Of a DNA stretch of 64,000 bases, positions 38,211 through 48,104 are shown one piece after another. Each line of letters begins with the position of its first letter. The first letter of the stretch is position 1. The position numbers and the translations under genes are program-made. The notes under the pieces are model-generated. The model searched no databases and was not told the DNA's origin. It was given only the letters and a program-made list of their open reading frames with translations. Source of the stretch: a virus (lineage: Duplodnaviria; Caudoviricetes); the IMG/VR virus record IMGVR_UViG_3300025410_000009, one strand, 5' to 3'.

Positions 38211-38858
38211 CAGATAAGTTCGATTCAGCATGGTGTGGTTGTGATCAGTTGGGCCCCAATCGCCATCGGGGTGAAATGCGATCACTGTCATTGAAGAATC
38301 TGCAGTCCTAAATCTATGTCGCTCGTGCTCCTGCAAGCAAAAGCTAACACCCACTGTTAACGCATCTTCTTGTTCAGCACCAGGATTGCCGTGTTGACTA
38401 TATCCTGATCCAGCAATAACACAGCCTAGTCTGATGCTGGGGTGTGTATGAAATGATTGGCTGATACCAGGCGGGAAATACAACAAGTTTAAACTGCTAT
38501 CGCCTAGTCGTGCAGGATACACTAATAAACTGTCGCTACAGCCATCAATATAACTCAATCGCCCTTTTGCCTCGACCCAGCCAATTTGGTTAGGTACTCG
38601 ATATCCAAGTCGTACAATCAAGAATAATTGATCTGATACTATAGCTGACATGTTGTTATTAACTGTAAGCCCAAAATATTGCCCGGCTTCAAGAGCAATT
38701 GTTTTACCGTCGACAGTTAATTGGCTGGCACCATAGCTATAACCATATATGGAACAGTGCTGGCAAAAGTCAGGCAATACAAAATTACCAGCAGTCAGCA
38801 TGTAGCCTGATGATGGGTACATGGTGTCCCAAAGATTTAGTTGATTTGAAATTATCAT
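38199..38858 (-). CDS. Cupin-fold metalloprotein (3-His type)
   Basis: Start re-called at ATG 38858; 219 aa. FPPGISQSFHTHPSIRLG..IAGSG and ERHRFRT motifs. Confidence 0.72.
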   Translation of the reverse strand: MIISNQLNLWDTMYPSSGYMLTAGNFVLPDFCQHCSIYGYSYGASQLTVDGKTIALEAGQYFGLTVNNNMSAIVSDQLFLIVRLGYRVPNQIGWVEAKGRLSYIDGCSDSLLVYPARLGDSSLNLLYFPPGISQSFHTHPSIRLGCVIAGSGYSQHGNPGAEQEDALTVGVSFCLQEHERHRFRTADSSMTVIAFHPDGDWGPTDHNHTMLNRTYLSDK

Positions 38859-38889
38859 CTTGATGCCCTTTATACAATATTTAGTCAAC

Positions 38890-38912
38890 AAAAAAGGGCC
38901 TTGCGGCCCTTT
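38890..38912 (-). terminator. Intrinsic terminator after gp23 (GCAA loop)
   Basis: Minus strand AAAGGGCC-GCAA-GGCCCTTTTTT. Confidence 0.85.
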
Positions 38913-38955
38913 AATGTAACTTCCCATCCCAAGGGTTGTAAGTTTGCTTGTGTTA

Positions 38956-40140
38956 TTATTGGAAAGACAAGTTCTGAATAGCGATTTCAGAAACGTAGTC
39001 ACCAGCATTGCCAAGAGACGATGCGGTGTTTGTCAACTCTACATAACCATAACGTGTCATAAAGCCCACGACTGGTTCGAAAGTTTGTGGATCCAATACA
39101 ACTCCAGAGCTCATTAGAGGAATATATGGGCAATAGAACGCTGCAGCATCTGCCTCGCTAGAACCTTTATATCCAACCAATACTGGTGTAGAATCGTTAG
39201 CATAGCTGTTTACATAGATACGCATTGCACCGTTCAAAGTACCAACAAACTTGGTGTTTGTAGGAGCTTCAAATGTACCTTCTGTAGTGCGAGCAAAAGC
39301 AGAAGTAGTAGCAGATTGCAACACTGTCAATGCAGCTGGAGAAACGATAGCCCAGTTACCAGCACCACGACGTGTACGTTGTGCGATCAAGTTAGCAGCA
39401 CGGTTGATAAGAACAGCTAGAGCAGCGTGTTCGTCACCAACGAATGTAGCTGTACCAGATACATTGGCTTGGTTGTATGTGAACTCTTGAGCAGCCAAAG
39501 CGCTCAAGCTGTTGATAATTTCTTGGTCAATTTCAACAGTGATTTCTTGTGCCAAAGCAGCCATGATTTCTGCTTCAACGTCCAAACCGTGCATGGCTTG
39601 TGCGTCTTGAGCAGCTTCAAATGTCCAACGTGCAGACATTTTACGTGTTTTAGCTTCAACAACTTGTTTCATGATTTGTACGTTGATACGGTTACCAGGT
39701 ACGCCTTCAAGAGCGCTTGTAGAAGAAGCACGGCCAGTTGCTGGGTCACCAGAATAAGCCTGAGCAATTTTGAATGGGCTCAATGCTTCATCACCAGCTG
39801 TAACTGAAGTTGCATATGGTGTGCCGCTTGTGTCAGCCACGCTGTCAGCATAACGTACACGTAGTGTGTGGATCTGAGAAACAGGTCCAGTCATTGGTTG
39901 AACACCAATGATTTCGTTAGCGATAACGGTAGGCATTACACGACGGATAACTGGTAGAATCACACGGTTTAGTGTGGCAACGTTAGCAGCTTGTGTGCCA
40001 CCGGTGGTTGCATTTTCTGACAAGTATTTACGGGTGTTTTCTAAGATAACAGCCATTGAAGTGCGGCGTGAACCTTGTAGTCCTTCTAACAGGGCATCTT
40101 TAGTTTCGCCCCAACGGCTTTCTAGTAGTTCTGTAGTCAT
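38956..40140 (-). CDS. gp23: T4-like major capsid protein
   Basis: 394 aa. GVQPMTGP, VEAKTRKMSARWT.E.AQD, ALAQEI..EID.EI, AAFYCPYIPL and FMTRYG motifs. Confidence 0.96.
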   Translation of the reverse strand: MTTELLESRWGETKDALLEGLQGSRRTSMAVILENTRKYLSENATTGGTQAANVATLNRVILPVIRRVMPTVIANEIIGVQPMTGPVSQIHTLRVRYADSVADTSGTPYATSVTAGDEALSPFKIAQAYSGDPATGRASSTSALEGVPGNRINVQIMKQVVEAKTRKMSARWTFEAAQDAQAMHGLDVEAEIMAALAQEITVEIDQEIINSLSALAAQEFTYNQANVSGTATFVGDEHAALAVLINRAANLIAQRTRRGAGNWAIVSPAALTVLQSATTSAFARTTEGTFEAPTNTKFVGTLNGAMRIYVNSYANDSTPVLVGYKGSSEADAAAFYCPYIPLMSSGVVLDPQTFEPVVGFMTRYGYVELTNTASSLGNAGDYVSEIAIQNLSFQ

Positions 40141-40170
40141 TTTCTTTTTCCTTTAAGGTTTAACTATTTT

Positions 40171-41268
40171 TTATTTTAGCCCTGCCAAACGCTTCAAATC
40201 AATAACATTTGCATTATTGGCTTGTGTAGTTAATTTAGCAGTCTTATCTCCTGTGACTTCAACATGCGATTCGCTAAGAATAGCCTTTTCAGACTTCTTA
40301 ACAACCGAATTGTTCAAGACAGCTGGAAGATACTTTTCATATGCACTCTGCAATTTAGCAGTTTGCACATTTTCTAGAAGCTCTGTCATAACAGTAGCTT
40401 TTTCACGATTTAAGGGTTTCAACAGGTCAGTCATGATGTCACGACGTTGTGCTGATTCCTTGATGATACGGATTTCACGTTCTTTGCTTTCAACTAGTTT
40501 TTCTGTTGATTCAACAGACTCTTTGATGGCAGCAATAGTACGTTGTTGTTCTTCGATAGTTTTGTGCAACTGACGAATTTCTTTGTTCTCATTTAAGTGA
40601 GTCAAACTAAATTCGCTAGCAAAAGCTTCGAATAAACGACGTCCAAACATGTTCTCACGAGCACTTTGGATATCTTCTTTCAATTGCGATAGTTCTGACT
40701 TTAGATTTTTAGTAACTGTCTCTTGAACAAGTGCCGAACTGCGAGCAATAAATCGGCTCTTCAATTCTTCTAATTTGTGTTTAGCAGTAGCAACTAAGCG
40801 AACTTTTGTTTCTACCACTTGACGCTTGTCATGAGCAAACTCTTGGATTTCTTCAGCGAGTGCACCAACTACGAATTTTTCTAAACGTTCAAAATTTTCT
40901 TTCTGAACTTTACGATCTGTACGTAGCTCTTGAATTTCTTCAGCTAATTTCTTAACTAGGAATTCATTGAAGCGATTTGCGCTTTCCATCATGTGACCTT
41001 TAAACTTCACACGATCTTCCACCATAGCTTGTTTCTCACTGGCGAATTCTTGAATTTCGGCAGTAAGACCTTCGGTTACCATCTTGTCTAAAGCTTCTAC
41101 CATTACTTTTTTGTCATGTTCATAACGACTAGCCATCTCCTCGCGCAATTCTGCACGAATGGTTTCACGGGCTTCGGAAAGTTTGCTTTCCCAAGCTTCG
41201 TTGATTGCACCACGAGTTTCCTCGTTGATAATGCCGCTGTCCAATAACGGTTTGATAACGTCAAACAT
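40171..41268 (-). CDS. gp22: Prohead core scaffolding protein
   Basis: 365-aa charged coiled-coil protein between the protease and capsid genes. Confidence 0.85.
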   Translation of the reverse strand: MFDVIKPLLDSGIINEETRGAINEAWESKLSEARETIRAELREEMASRYEHDKKVMVEALDKMVTEGLTAEIQEFASEKQAMVEDRVKFKGHMMESANRFNEFLVKKLAEEIQELRTDRKVQKENFERLEKFVVGALAEEIQEFAHDKRQVVETKVRLVATAKHKLEELKSRFIARSSALVQETVTKNLKSELSQLKEDIQSARENMFGRRLFEAFASEFSLTHLNENKEIRQLHKTIEEQQRTIAAIKESVESTEKLVESKEREIRIIKESAQRRDIMTDLLKPLNREKATVMTELLENVQTAKLQSAYEKYLPAVLNNSVVKKSEKAILSESHVEVTGDKTAKLTTQANNANVIDLKRLAGLK

Positions 41269-41280
41269 TTGCGGTTCTCC

Positions 41281-41916
41281 TTATATTTTCAAGTCTCTAA
41301 TCAAGCGAGTTACCTGCTCTCTTAGATACTTTTGTACTTTTTGATTGTCTTTGGCTTCACCAGCCATTTCTAGAACCCTATGTCCTCCCCGCATATTCAT
41401 CAAGCCTTCATAGATGGCAGTTGGATATGCATGGGGTGCACTAGGCTGTGCTACAATATCTACAGTGACGATTTCAAAGTCACTAACATGTCCGTTAGAC
41501 TCGTTAACGTTACCGCTACCGCGACTAGACACGCCCAATTTAACACCACTTTCCAACATAGTTTTAACTAAGTGGCCCATTGGTGTTGGTAGAATCTTTA
41601 GTTTACCGTGTCCGGCAGGGCCGTCCATCCACATTTGTTCAATCATGTGACTCACACGGTCTAAATTAATTTTCAAATCATCGGGGTGGTCAACTTCGCC
41701 TAGGACTGAGTAGCCACCTTTAACTTGTTCATTAATAGATTTAACAGCTTGTTCAATTTCGTTCACAGGGTAAACACGCTGGTTAGCGTTCTTTACCCCG
41801 CCTTCGATGAATACACCCTTCATGTAAAGATCTTTGCTCTTGCCGTCTTTGGAATCCTCGGAGAGGATTTCCATGCGAGCATGATCAAATGTTAGGTGTT
41901 CTTTTAAGTAAGCCAT
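41281..41916 (-). CDS. gp21: Prohead maturation protease
   Basis: GEVDHPD, GVSSRGSG and DIVAQPSAP catalytic motifs. Confidence 0.95.
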   Translation of the reverse strand: MAYLKEHLTFDHARMEILSEDSKDGKSKDLYMKGVFIEGGVKNANQRVYPVNEIEQAVKSINEQVKGGYSVLGEVDHPDDLKINLDRVSHMIEQMWMDGPAGHGKLKILPTPMGHLVKTMLESGVKLGVSSRGSGNVNESNGHVSDFEIVTVDIVAQPSAPHAYPTAIYEGLMNMRGGHRVLEMAGEAKDNQKVQKYLREQVTRLIRDLKI

Positions 41917-41928
41917 TTTTAGTTAATA

Positions 41929-42840
41929 TTAACGAATTTTTCCGCCGATTTCGCTCTTGGTGTTTACAGGAACTTTACCACTGGTAGTTTGTCCTTCAGC
42001 ACCACGTGCTTTTTCATAGCTGGTAGATTTGTTTGTGTAACCTTTAGTTTTAGCGCCAGGAACGTTTTGGAAGTTGTTAGCACCTTTCAATTCGCCACGG
42101 CCTTTGGTGTATTGGTTGTTGGGTGTTGGAACTGGTTTGCCATCAGCAGACTGTTCTGTGCCACCGTGAACGATGTTGGCTGCAGAGCCGCCCATGTCGT
42201 TCTTTTTAGCTACAATGCTTTGTTTGTTAACTACAGGAGCATCGCCGCCTTTGCCAACTGTTTTGCCTTCGCCAGCAGCTGGTTCTTGTTTGTAAACTTG
42301 GCCGTGATCTTCAACATATTCACGAACCATGCTTTCTTCAGTGTGCTCTTCGCCGCCGAATTCCATTTCGCCTTCGTCGCCCATTTCTTCGCCGCCGAAT
42401 TCTTCTTCGCCGTGTTCATGACCGCCCATTAGTTTTTCAAATTCAGCTTTAAGATCGTCAAGAGCCAATTCGATGTCTTGAATTTTGCTTTCAACGCCTT
42501 CTTCGCCTGGTTCCATGCCCATACCGTCAACGTCGTCAAAAGAGTCATCAGATGGTAGTTCGTTGCCGTCTACATCGCTGTGCTCTTCTTCGCCGCCCAT
42601 GGGACTCATGTCCATTTCGCCGTCTTCTTCGGCTTCGTGCATGCCGGACTCGTCGGATTCGACTTCGTGCATTAGGCTTGTAACTTCGTTACCGCCCATG
42701 TCTTCTTCAAAATCTTCTTCGTCAATGAGTGATTCATAGATATCGCGGCTTTTCTCGATCACCAATTGGTGAAACAATTCGCGAGCTTTATCTTCATTCT
42801 CATTGATAATAAATTCAATCAGCTGTTCGTACTTGTTCAT
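41929..42840 (-). CDS. Acidic prohead core protein (gp67/gp68-like position)
   Basis: 303 aa, very Glu/Asp-rich, located between the portal and protease genes. Confidence 0.6.
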   Translation of the reverse strand: MNKYEQLIEFIINENEDKARELFHQLVIEKSRDIYESLIDEEDFEEDMGGNEVTSLMHEVESDESGMHEAEEDGEMDMSPMGGEEEHSDVDGNELPSDDSFDDVDGMGMEPGEEGVESKIQDIELALDDLKAEFEKLMGGHEHGEEEFGGEEMGDEGEMEFGGEEHTEESMVREYVEDHGQVYKQEPAAGEGKTVGKGGDAPVVNKQSIVAKKNDMGGSAANIVHGGTEQSADGKPVPTPNNQYTKGRGELKGANNFQNVPGAKTKGYTNKSTSYEKARGAEGQTTSGKVPVNTKSEIGGKIR

Positions 42841-42930
42841 AAGAACTCCTTTTTTAGTATAGCTTGTAACTTATTTACAATATATGCAAATATTTCTAGT
42901 TATATAGGTGTTTTTGAGGGGGATTTTAGA

Positions 42931-43155
42931 TTATACGCCGGACGCTTCAGGTTCAGCGGTGTTGTATTGTTTAGAAACTGAGTCTAGTTTCTTTTCGTGC
43001 TCAAACTTACGCACATCGTTCATGATCCGTAAACGATTAAGCTGCTCAAGACTCAGACGTGATTTGCGGAGGTCAGACAGCTTTAAAGGAGTATGGTCTT
43101 CCTTTTCGGTGTAGTACCCTTCGGGTGCAGAATCAAACATTTCAGCAATTAACAT
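42931..43155 (-). CDS. Small hypothetical head-associated protein
   Basis: 74 aa directly downstream of the portal gene; TAAATA 6 nt before the ATG. Confidence 0.55.
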   Translation of the reverse strand: MLIAEMFDSAPEGYYTEKEDHTPLKLSDLRKSRLSLEQLNRLRIMNDVRKFEHEKKLDSVSKQYNTAEPEASGV

Positions 43156-43180
43156 ATACGTTATTTAACCCAAATGTAAA

Positions 43181-44902
43181 TTATGCTGGGTTCGGTACCG
43201 GATTGGCGCCTACACCACCACCGCCGGGAACACCACCTGCGCCAACTCCCACGGGGCCGCCTGAGCTACCAGGAGCTGCTTCACTGCCATCGCCAAGGTC
43301 AGGTGGTGTGGCTGCAGCCAAGTCAGTGTCCAAGCCGCCAGGAGTAATGCCCACGCTGCGTAGACCCAGGGGATCGGCTGCAGCATTTTCCTTGTCGCCT
43401 TTTTCTTCTAGCCACATGGTTTCGTTTTCGCTCATCTCTTGTTCGTTCAAGCCCAAGTAGCGTTGCATCAAGAAACGTTTACTGAAATATGGGAAACCTT
43501 CTAGCTGTGTAAATGTACCAATTCTAGCACCGTCAACTTCGGCCTGGCGATATTGTGCAAAGTTTTGCGGTTCATTGAACACCAAGTCAAACAGTTGGCC
43601 ATCGATATTGATACCGCGCCAGCGCATGAACATCTTGAACTCTTGGTCCAGTTTGTCAATGATCATCTTTTGCAAACGCTTGCAGTACTGGTTAAAACGC
43701 CATTCTTGGATCAAGGCAGTGCCTACACGCCCGTCAGTCACAGCCTGTGTGCCATCTTCCATGCCAGTGGGCAGGTAACTACTGGGGATACGTAGACCAC
43801 GGAACAACTTGTTGGTAAAGAATTTCAAGTCAGTGATCTCGCCCAAGTTGCTGCCGCCGGGCAGCACTTCAACCTTGCTGCCACGACCTTCAGCAGTTTG
43901 CGGGAAGAAAAAGTCTTCGTTTGTGCTCAAGGGATTATAGGTAGCGTCCATCATGTTGGCACCACCACCTGACTGTGTGGGTATTCTGCGCTGTGCAATT
44001 TCGTTTTTGACACGGTCCACAAAGGCCATGGCCATGTGACTTGGCATGCTACCAACGTCAATATAGAATGCTCTACGTTCAGGTGCACGCTGTACACGAT
44101 AGATAATGATGGCATCTTCCAGCAGTTCTTTTTGTTTGAACACCTTGAAAATGTTCTCTAACACGCTGCTGCCAAACGGATAAAACACGTCTAGGCCTTC
44201 GGTCAAGCTGCAATGCACAATGTGCTCAGCATTGATCACGCTTTCGTTTGTGGCATGTGTAAATCTGCTGCCGCCGCTGTAGGGGCTTCTTGGCTGCACA
44301 TAGCTGCCTTGTGGGCCACCCACTTGGGGACTGTTGGTGTAAGTGTCTGTGGTGCTGACTGCTGTGGCAGTTAGATTTTGAAAATTAGGTTGCAGGTCCT
44401 TGATCACATACTGCTCGGGCTTTTTGCCTTCGGCTTCATTGACAATGACCTTGACTATTTTGCTGGATTCAGTCCAGTACAGTTTGAATGTTTCAGGGTC
44501 GCGAATAAAAACTTGATCGCCATATTTGATGGTATTACGCACAATTTTAAACATGCGTTTGTTAAAGTCGTTCAAGTTGACCCACTGTAACAGTTGTTCT
44601 TTGATGATTTTAACTTCGTTGTCAGTGGGCTTTTCTTTAAAGTGCAAGTCCAAAGGCATTTGTGTTTCCAACTTGGGCTGTGTGCAGAACTCGGCCAAAA
44701 TATCCAGCGCAGCATTAACTTCACTGTCTTGATCCATTTGCTCGTACTGATTGTAGCGCTCTAAACGATTGGGGTGACCCACGTAGATATCCGGCAATTG
44801 GCTTTGATAATTGCGATAAGACATGCTGCCCTCGCCACCACTGCCAACAGGGCTCATGGATCCAGACGTATTTGCAGCTCTAAAGTATTTTTTCCACGAC
44901 AT
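43181..44902 (-). CDS. gp20: Portal vertex protein
   Basis: DSEVNAALD, LEDAIIIYRVQRAPERRAFYIDVG and EDFFFP...GRGSKVEVLPGG motifs. Confidence 0.96.
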   Translation of the reverse strand: MSWKKYFRAANTSGSMSPVGSGGEGSMSYRNYQSQLPDIYVGHPNRLERYNQYEQMDQDSEVNAALDILAEFCTQPKLETQMPLDLHFKEKPTDNEVKIIKEQLLQWVNLNDFNKRMFKIVRNTIKYGDQVFIRDPETFKLYWTESSKIVKVIVNEAEGKKPEQYVIKDLQPNFQNLTATAVSTTDTYTNSPQVGGPQGSYVQPRSPYSGGSRFTHATNESVINAEHIVHCSLTEGLDVFYPFGSSVLENIFKVFKQKELLEDAIIIYRVQRAPERRAFYIDVGSMPSHMAMAFVDRVKNEIAQRRIPTQSGGGANMMDATYNPLSTNEDFFFPQTAEGRGSKVEVLPGGSNLGEITDLKFFTNKLFRGLRIPSSYLPTGMEDGTQAVTDGRVGTALIQEWRFNQYCKRLQKMIIDKLDQEFKMFMRWRGINIDGQLFDLVFNEPQNFAQYRQAEVDGARIGTFTQLEGFPYFSKRFLMQRYLGLNEQEMSENETMWLEEKGDKENAAADPLGLRSVGITPGGLDTDLAAATPPDLGDGSEAAPGSSGGPVGVGAGGVPGGGGVGANPVPNPA

Positions 44903-44935
44903 ATATGGTGTTCTCAGTTAGTAGTATTTAACCAA

Positions 44936-47900
44936 TTAATAGGAGTTATCAAGTAATCTTTGCTGTAAATCGCGGGTAGAAGATTGCATATCCACTTGAT
45001 CTCCAGCTTTGCTGACCAGCTGTCTTAGCAAATCCAGCTGTTGCTTCATTAAATCATTTAATTCTGCACCGGCAGCAGCAGATTTTACGTTGCGATCGCT
45101 GCCAGGTGCAACTATGCTTTGATTTGAGTCAGTGTCTCGGTTGTCTTTTGAACCACCAAATAATCCACCAGTTTTTATTTTAAAGTTATTATCAGACTGT
45201 ATTGAAGAAATAAGACCGTTGATGTCGGGTGTGTTAAGGCCTGGTTGACCGGTATTGTTAATACCATATGGCATTAAATCTTTAAAACTATCTTCTATAG
45301 TGGCACCAATACTCTTACTGGTATCATCTTTTTTATCGTTGGCTCCAACAAAATTATCAAGCATGCCACTGCCCAACACACCGCCAACTATGGTACCGAC
45401 TCCAGGCAATATCATTGACCCAAGTGCTGCGCCAATGGCTGCATTACCCATTGTATCAAGCACGCTGGGTCGTTCTTTGTTTTTGTCGGCTGCTTGGTTA
45501 GCTGTCATTTGATCAACTATTTTTTGATTTTGATCAAATAATCCACTAGTACCCAGCATCTTGCCAAGATCCAATTTGGAGGTGCCGAATCCCATATCTT
45601 TAAAAGCACGCCCTAGATCGTTATTGGATTTTACGAGTTCGCTAGTGGAGCTTTCCCATACGCCCATGTCCGGGCCGTTATCTTTAGTATCCTGTGTTAA
45701 CCCGCCCAGCAAGCCGCCAAGCGCAGTACCAATGCCAGGAAGTATCGCAGTACCAATTGCAGCGCCCATTGCAGCACCGCCCCAATTGGTTGATTTAGAG
45801 TCGTTGGATTGACCCATGCTGTTGCGAGTAAAATCGCCCATGTCCAATTTAACTGGAATAGTCTTGCCGTCAGGTAAAGGCACTATGGCTTCAGTACCGT
45901 GCAACAATTGCTGATAACCCGAGGTGGGACCAGTACTGACACCGCCCATGGCATAGCCTTCTTCTTTTTTCCCAGATGTCCAGTTACTGAATTTGTCAAC
46001 ACCTTTACCAATGGCGCCGCCAATTGCGTCACCCACTGCGCCAGCGGTTAATCCACCGAGTATTGTACCTGCTATACCACCAAGTTCGGTGCCAATTACA
46101 GTCCCAACACCGGGAGCAATAGCTGTACCAATTGCGCCACCAATTACTTCACCAAAACCTAAACCCACTGCACTACCAGCAATATCACCAGTGATACCAC
46201 CAGCGGTTGATCCAAATTCTTCTTCTTTACCTTTTTTCTTGGTACCTAACCCCATATCGTTGAGCATGTCCTGCACTGCGCCCAGCATCTCTTTAGATAC
46301 TTCGGCAAATTTTGCAATAGCCGGCGTTAATTCTTTTTCTAATGCCAGTTTTAAATCTTGTGCTGCCTGCTCAGCTGATAGTACACCATCGGTTAATTTA
46401 TCGTTAGTTTCTTTTTGTTTTTTTGCAGCTTCCTGTGCACTCTTTACTGACTCTTCAGTGACTTTATCAGTATTGTCAACTACTCCGCTAATTCCTCGAT
46501 TTAGATCTTCTAATCCACCGGCACCGGCCATGCCTGCAATACCTATGTCATTGAGATTCCCAAAGTTTGCACGCATCTTGTCATTGGTTTTACCCTGCAG
46601 ACGTTGTGCTTCGTCAACTGAGAATTGCCCGCTTTTTGCTAAATCCACCATGCCGTCGATTTGTTCAGACATACCCGGCAATTGTTGCATTAAAATATTG
46701 GCATTTTTATCAACCACATTACCCATGGTTAGTTTTTCCATGAACGCTTTTTTACTAGTTTCGTCCATGGTGTTCATGCTCTGTATTATTTTATTCATTA
46801 CACCGGGCTGTTTCTTTTCCAATTCCTGCAATTTGTTTCGGAACGCCACCTGTGTTGCAGCCTTGCGGTTTTCTTCCATTTTACGTTTTGCATCTTCGCC
46901 GGTTATTGCTGCAATAGTACGTAGATTAGTGGCATATGATGCAGTTTCTTGAGCAATTTGTTTATCGCTCATGTTTTTCAACTGGTTGCCTTTACGCAAA
47001 TCTGCCATGACTTCAGCTGTTAATGCTGCTTGATCTTCAAAACTGTACCCCAGCTGTAGCATTTCTCGCTGCAATGATTTGCCGCTGGATCCTATTAATT
47101 TTGACGATTCAGCACTGACCGCACCCATCTTGCGTGAAGCCTCACCAACACCCAAACCGCTTTCTGCTAGAGTACTTGAGTTAGCCGACACCACTTTTGA
47201 GAATTGTTCGACAGTTAAACCGGCACTGTTTGCTGCTTGCCGCATACCAGTCATGCCATTGGCAAACAAGGCTCCAGACGAACTCATGCTATTGAAAGCA
47301 TTGACTGTTTTTTCTACTTCCTTGGATAAAACCTCGATGCCAAATTTGGCCAGTTTGCTTGCCCCGCCAGCAAACGATTGTAGAGCGCCACCAAATAGAT
47401 CAAGTGCAATACCTGCGTAGCCAGCTTTGCCTTTAAGGTGCGACATGGCACTGCCAACACCTTGCATGGCTCCACCAAGCATGCCAGCTGATCCGGCTGC
47501 AAGATCAACTGCACCATTCATTAGCGTGCTACTTAAATCAGTGGAGCTGGCACCCGATTGTAGGGATTTTACAAAACTACCGGTAGTGGCAGAAATCTGA
47601 CTAACAGCAGTTTTACTAAAGGTTTTAATAAACTCAGACGTAGCTTGCTGAGTTTGCACCAATCTTAAATTTGATGCTACGGTTTCTCGTTGTTTTTGTA
47701 ATGCTTCCTTGTGGCTGTCGTCGGTTGTGTTTTTAATTGCAGCATCAAGATCTTTAAGACTTTTATTAAAGTCTTTCATGGTGTCGGCAAAATTCTCGCG
47801 ACCTATAGAAGTAAAGCCCTTGATGAATTTGCCCATTACACCATCGCTAGCGGCCTGCTTGATTTTGGCGTTTAATTCGAGCGTGGATCGGTATTGTTCT

Positions 47901-48055
47901 CGTTTGGCTAGATCTTCTTTCTTTTGCTGGGCTTGTCGTGCGGCAGCCGATTGATTTTCTTTTTTATACTGTTTTAAAATTTCAGCCAGTTCAGGTTTCA
48001 ATTTAGCAAACAGCTCAATCACAGCATTGAGATCTTGGTCATTCATTTCAGCCAT
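44936..48055 (-). CDS. Tail tape measure-like protein
   Basis: 1039 aa, largely helical, with Gly/Ala-rich hydrophobic zipper segments; adjacent to hub-assembly genes. Confidence 0.7.
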   Translation of the reverse strand: MAEMNDQDLNAVIELFAKLKPELAEILKQYKKENQSAAARQAQQKKEDLAKREQYRSTLELNAKIKQAASDGVMGKFIKGFTSIGRENFADTMKDFNKSLKDLDAAIKNTTDDSHKEALQKQRETVASNLRLVQTQQATSEFIKTFSKTAVSQISATTGSFVKSLQSGASSTDLSSTLMNGAVDLAAGSAGMLGGAMQGVGSAMSHLKGKAGYAGIALDLFGGALQSFAGGASKLAKFGIEVLSKEVEKTVNAFNSMSSSGALFANGMTGMRQAANSAGLTVEQFSKVVSANSSTLAESGLGVGEASRKMGAVSAESSKLIGSSGKSLQREMLQLGYSFEDQAALTAEVMADLRKGNQLKNMSDKQIAQETASYATNLRTIAAITGEDAKRKMEENRKAATQVAFRNKLQELEKKQPGVMNKIIQSMNTMDETSKKAFMEKLTMGNVVDKNANILMQQLPGMSEQIDGMVDLAKSGQFSVDEAQRLQGKTNDKMRANFGNLNDIGIAGMAGAGGLEDLNRGISGVVDNTDKVTEESVKSAQEAAKKQKETNDKLTDGVLSAEQAAQDLKLALEKELTPAIAKFAEVSKEMLGAVQDMLNDMGLGTKKKGKEEEFGSTAGGITGDIAGSAVGLGFGEVIGGAIGTAIAPGVGTVIGTELGGIAGTILGGLTAGAVGDAIGGAIGKGVDKFSNWTSGKKEEGYAMGGVSTGPTSGYQQLLHGTEAIVPLPDGKTIPVKLDMGDFTRNSMGQSNDSKSTNWGGAAMGAAIGTAILPGIGTALGGLLGGLTQDTKDNGPDMGVWESSTSELVKSNNDLGRAFKDMGFGTSKLDLGKMLGTSGLFDQNQKIVDQMTANQAADKNKERPSVLDTMGNAAIGAALGSMILPGVGTIVGGVLGSGMLDNFVGANDKKDDTSKSIGATIEDSFKDLMPYGINNTGQPGLNTPDINGLISSIQSDNNFKIKTGGLFGGSKDNRDTDSNQSIVAPGSDRNVKSAAAGAELNDLMKQQLDLLRQLVSKAGDQVDMQSSTRDLQQRLLDNSY

Positions 48056-48064
48056 GTTTTTTTA

Positions 48065-48095
48065 CCATAAATAAGTACATATCAATTATTTATGG
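48065..48095. promoter_or_regulatory. Face-to-face pair of late promoters forming a 10-bp inverted repeat
   Basis: CCATAAATAA (48065-74), N11, TTATTTATGG (48086-95), between divergent genes. Confidence 0.65.
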
Positions 48096-48104
48096 AGATC
48101 AAAT

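Noticed and set aside
36511-38858. Lasso peptide biosynthetic cluster
   Set aside because: The cyclase-like fold is present, but no precursor peptide, RRE or transglutaminase-like B protein is recognisable nearby.
38859-39014. N-terminal extension of the cupin ORF given in the track
   Set aside because: It overlaps the gp23 3' end and crosses its terminator; ATG 38858 has its own promoter-like box. Similar over-extensions were trimmed for 8484..9881, 21769..23565, 34707..36446 and 59959..60483.
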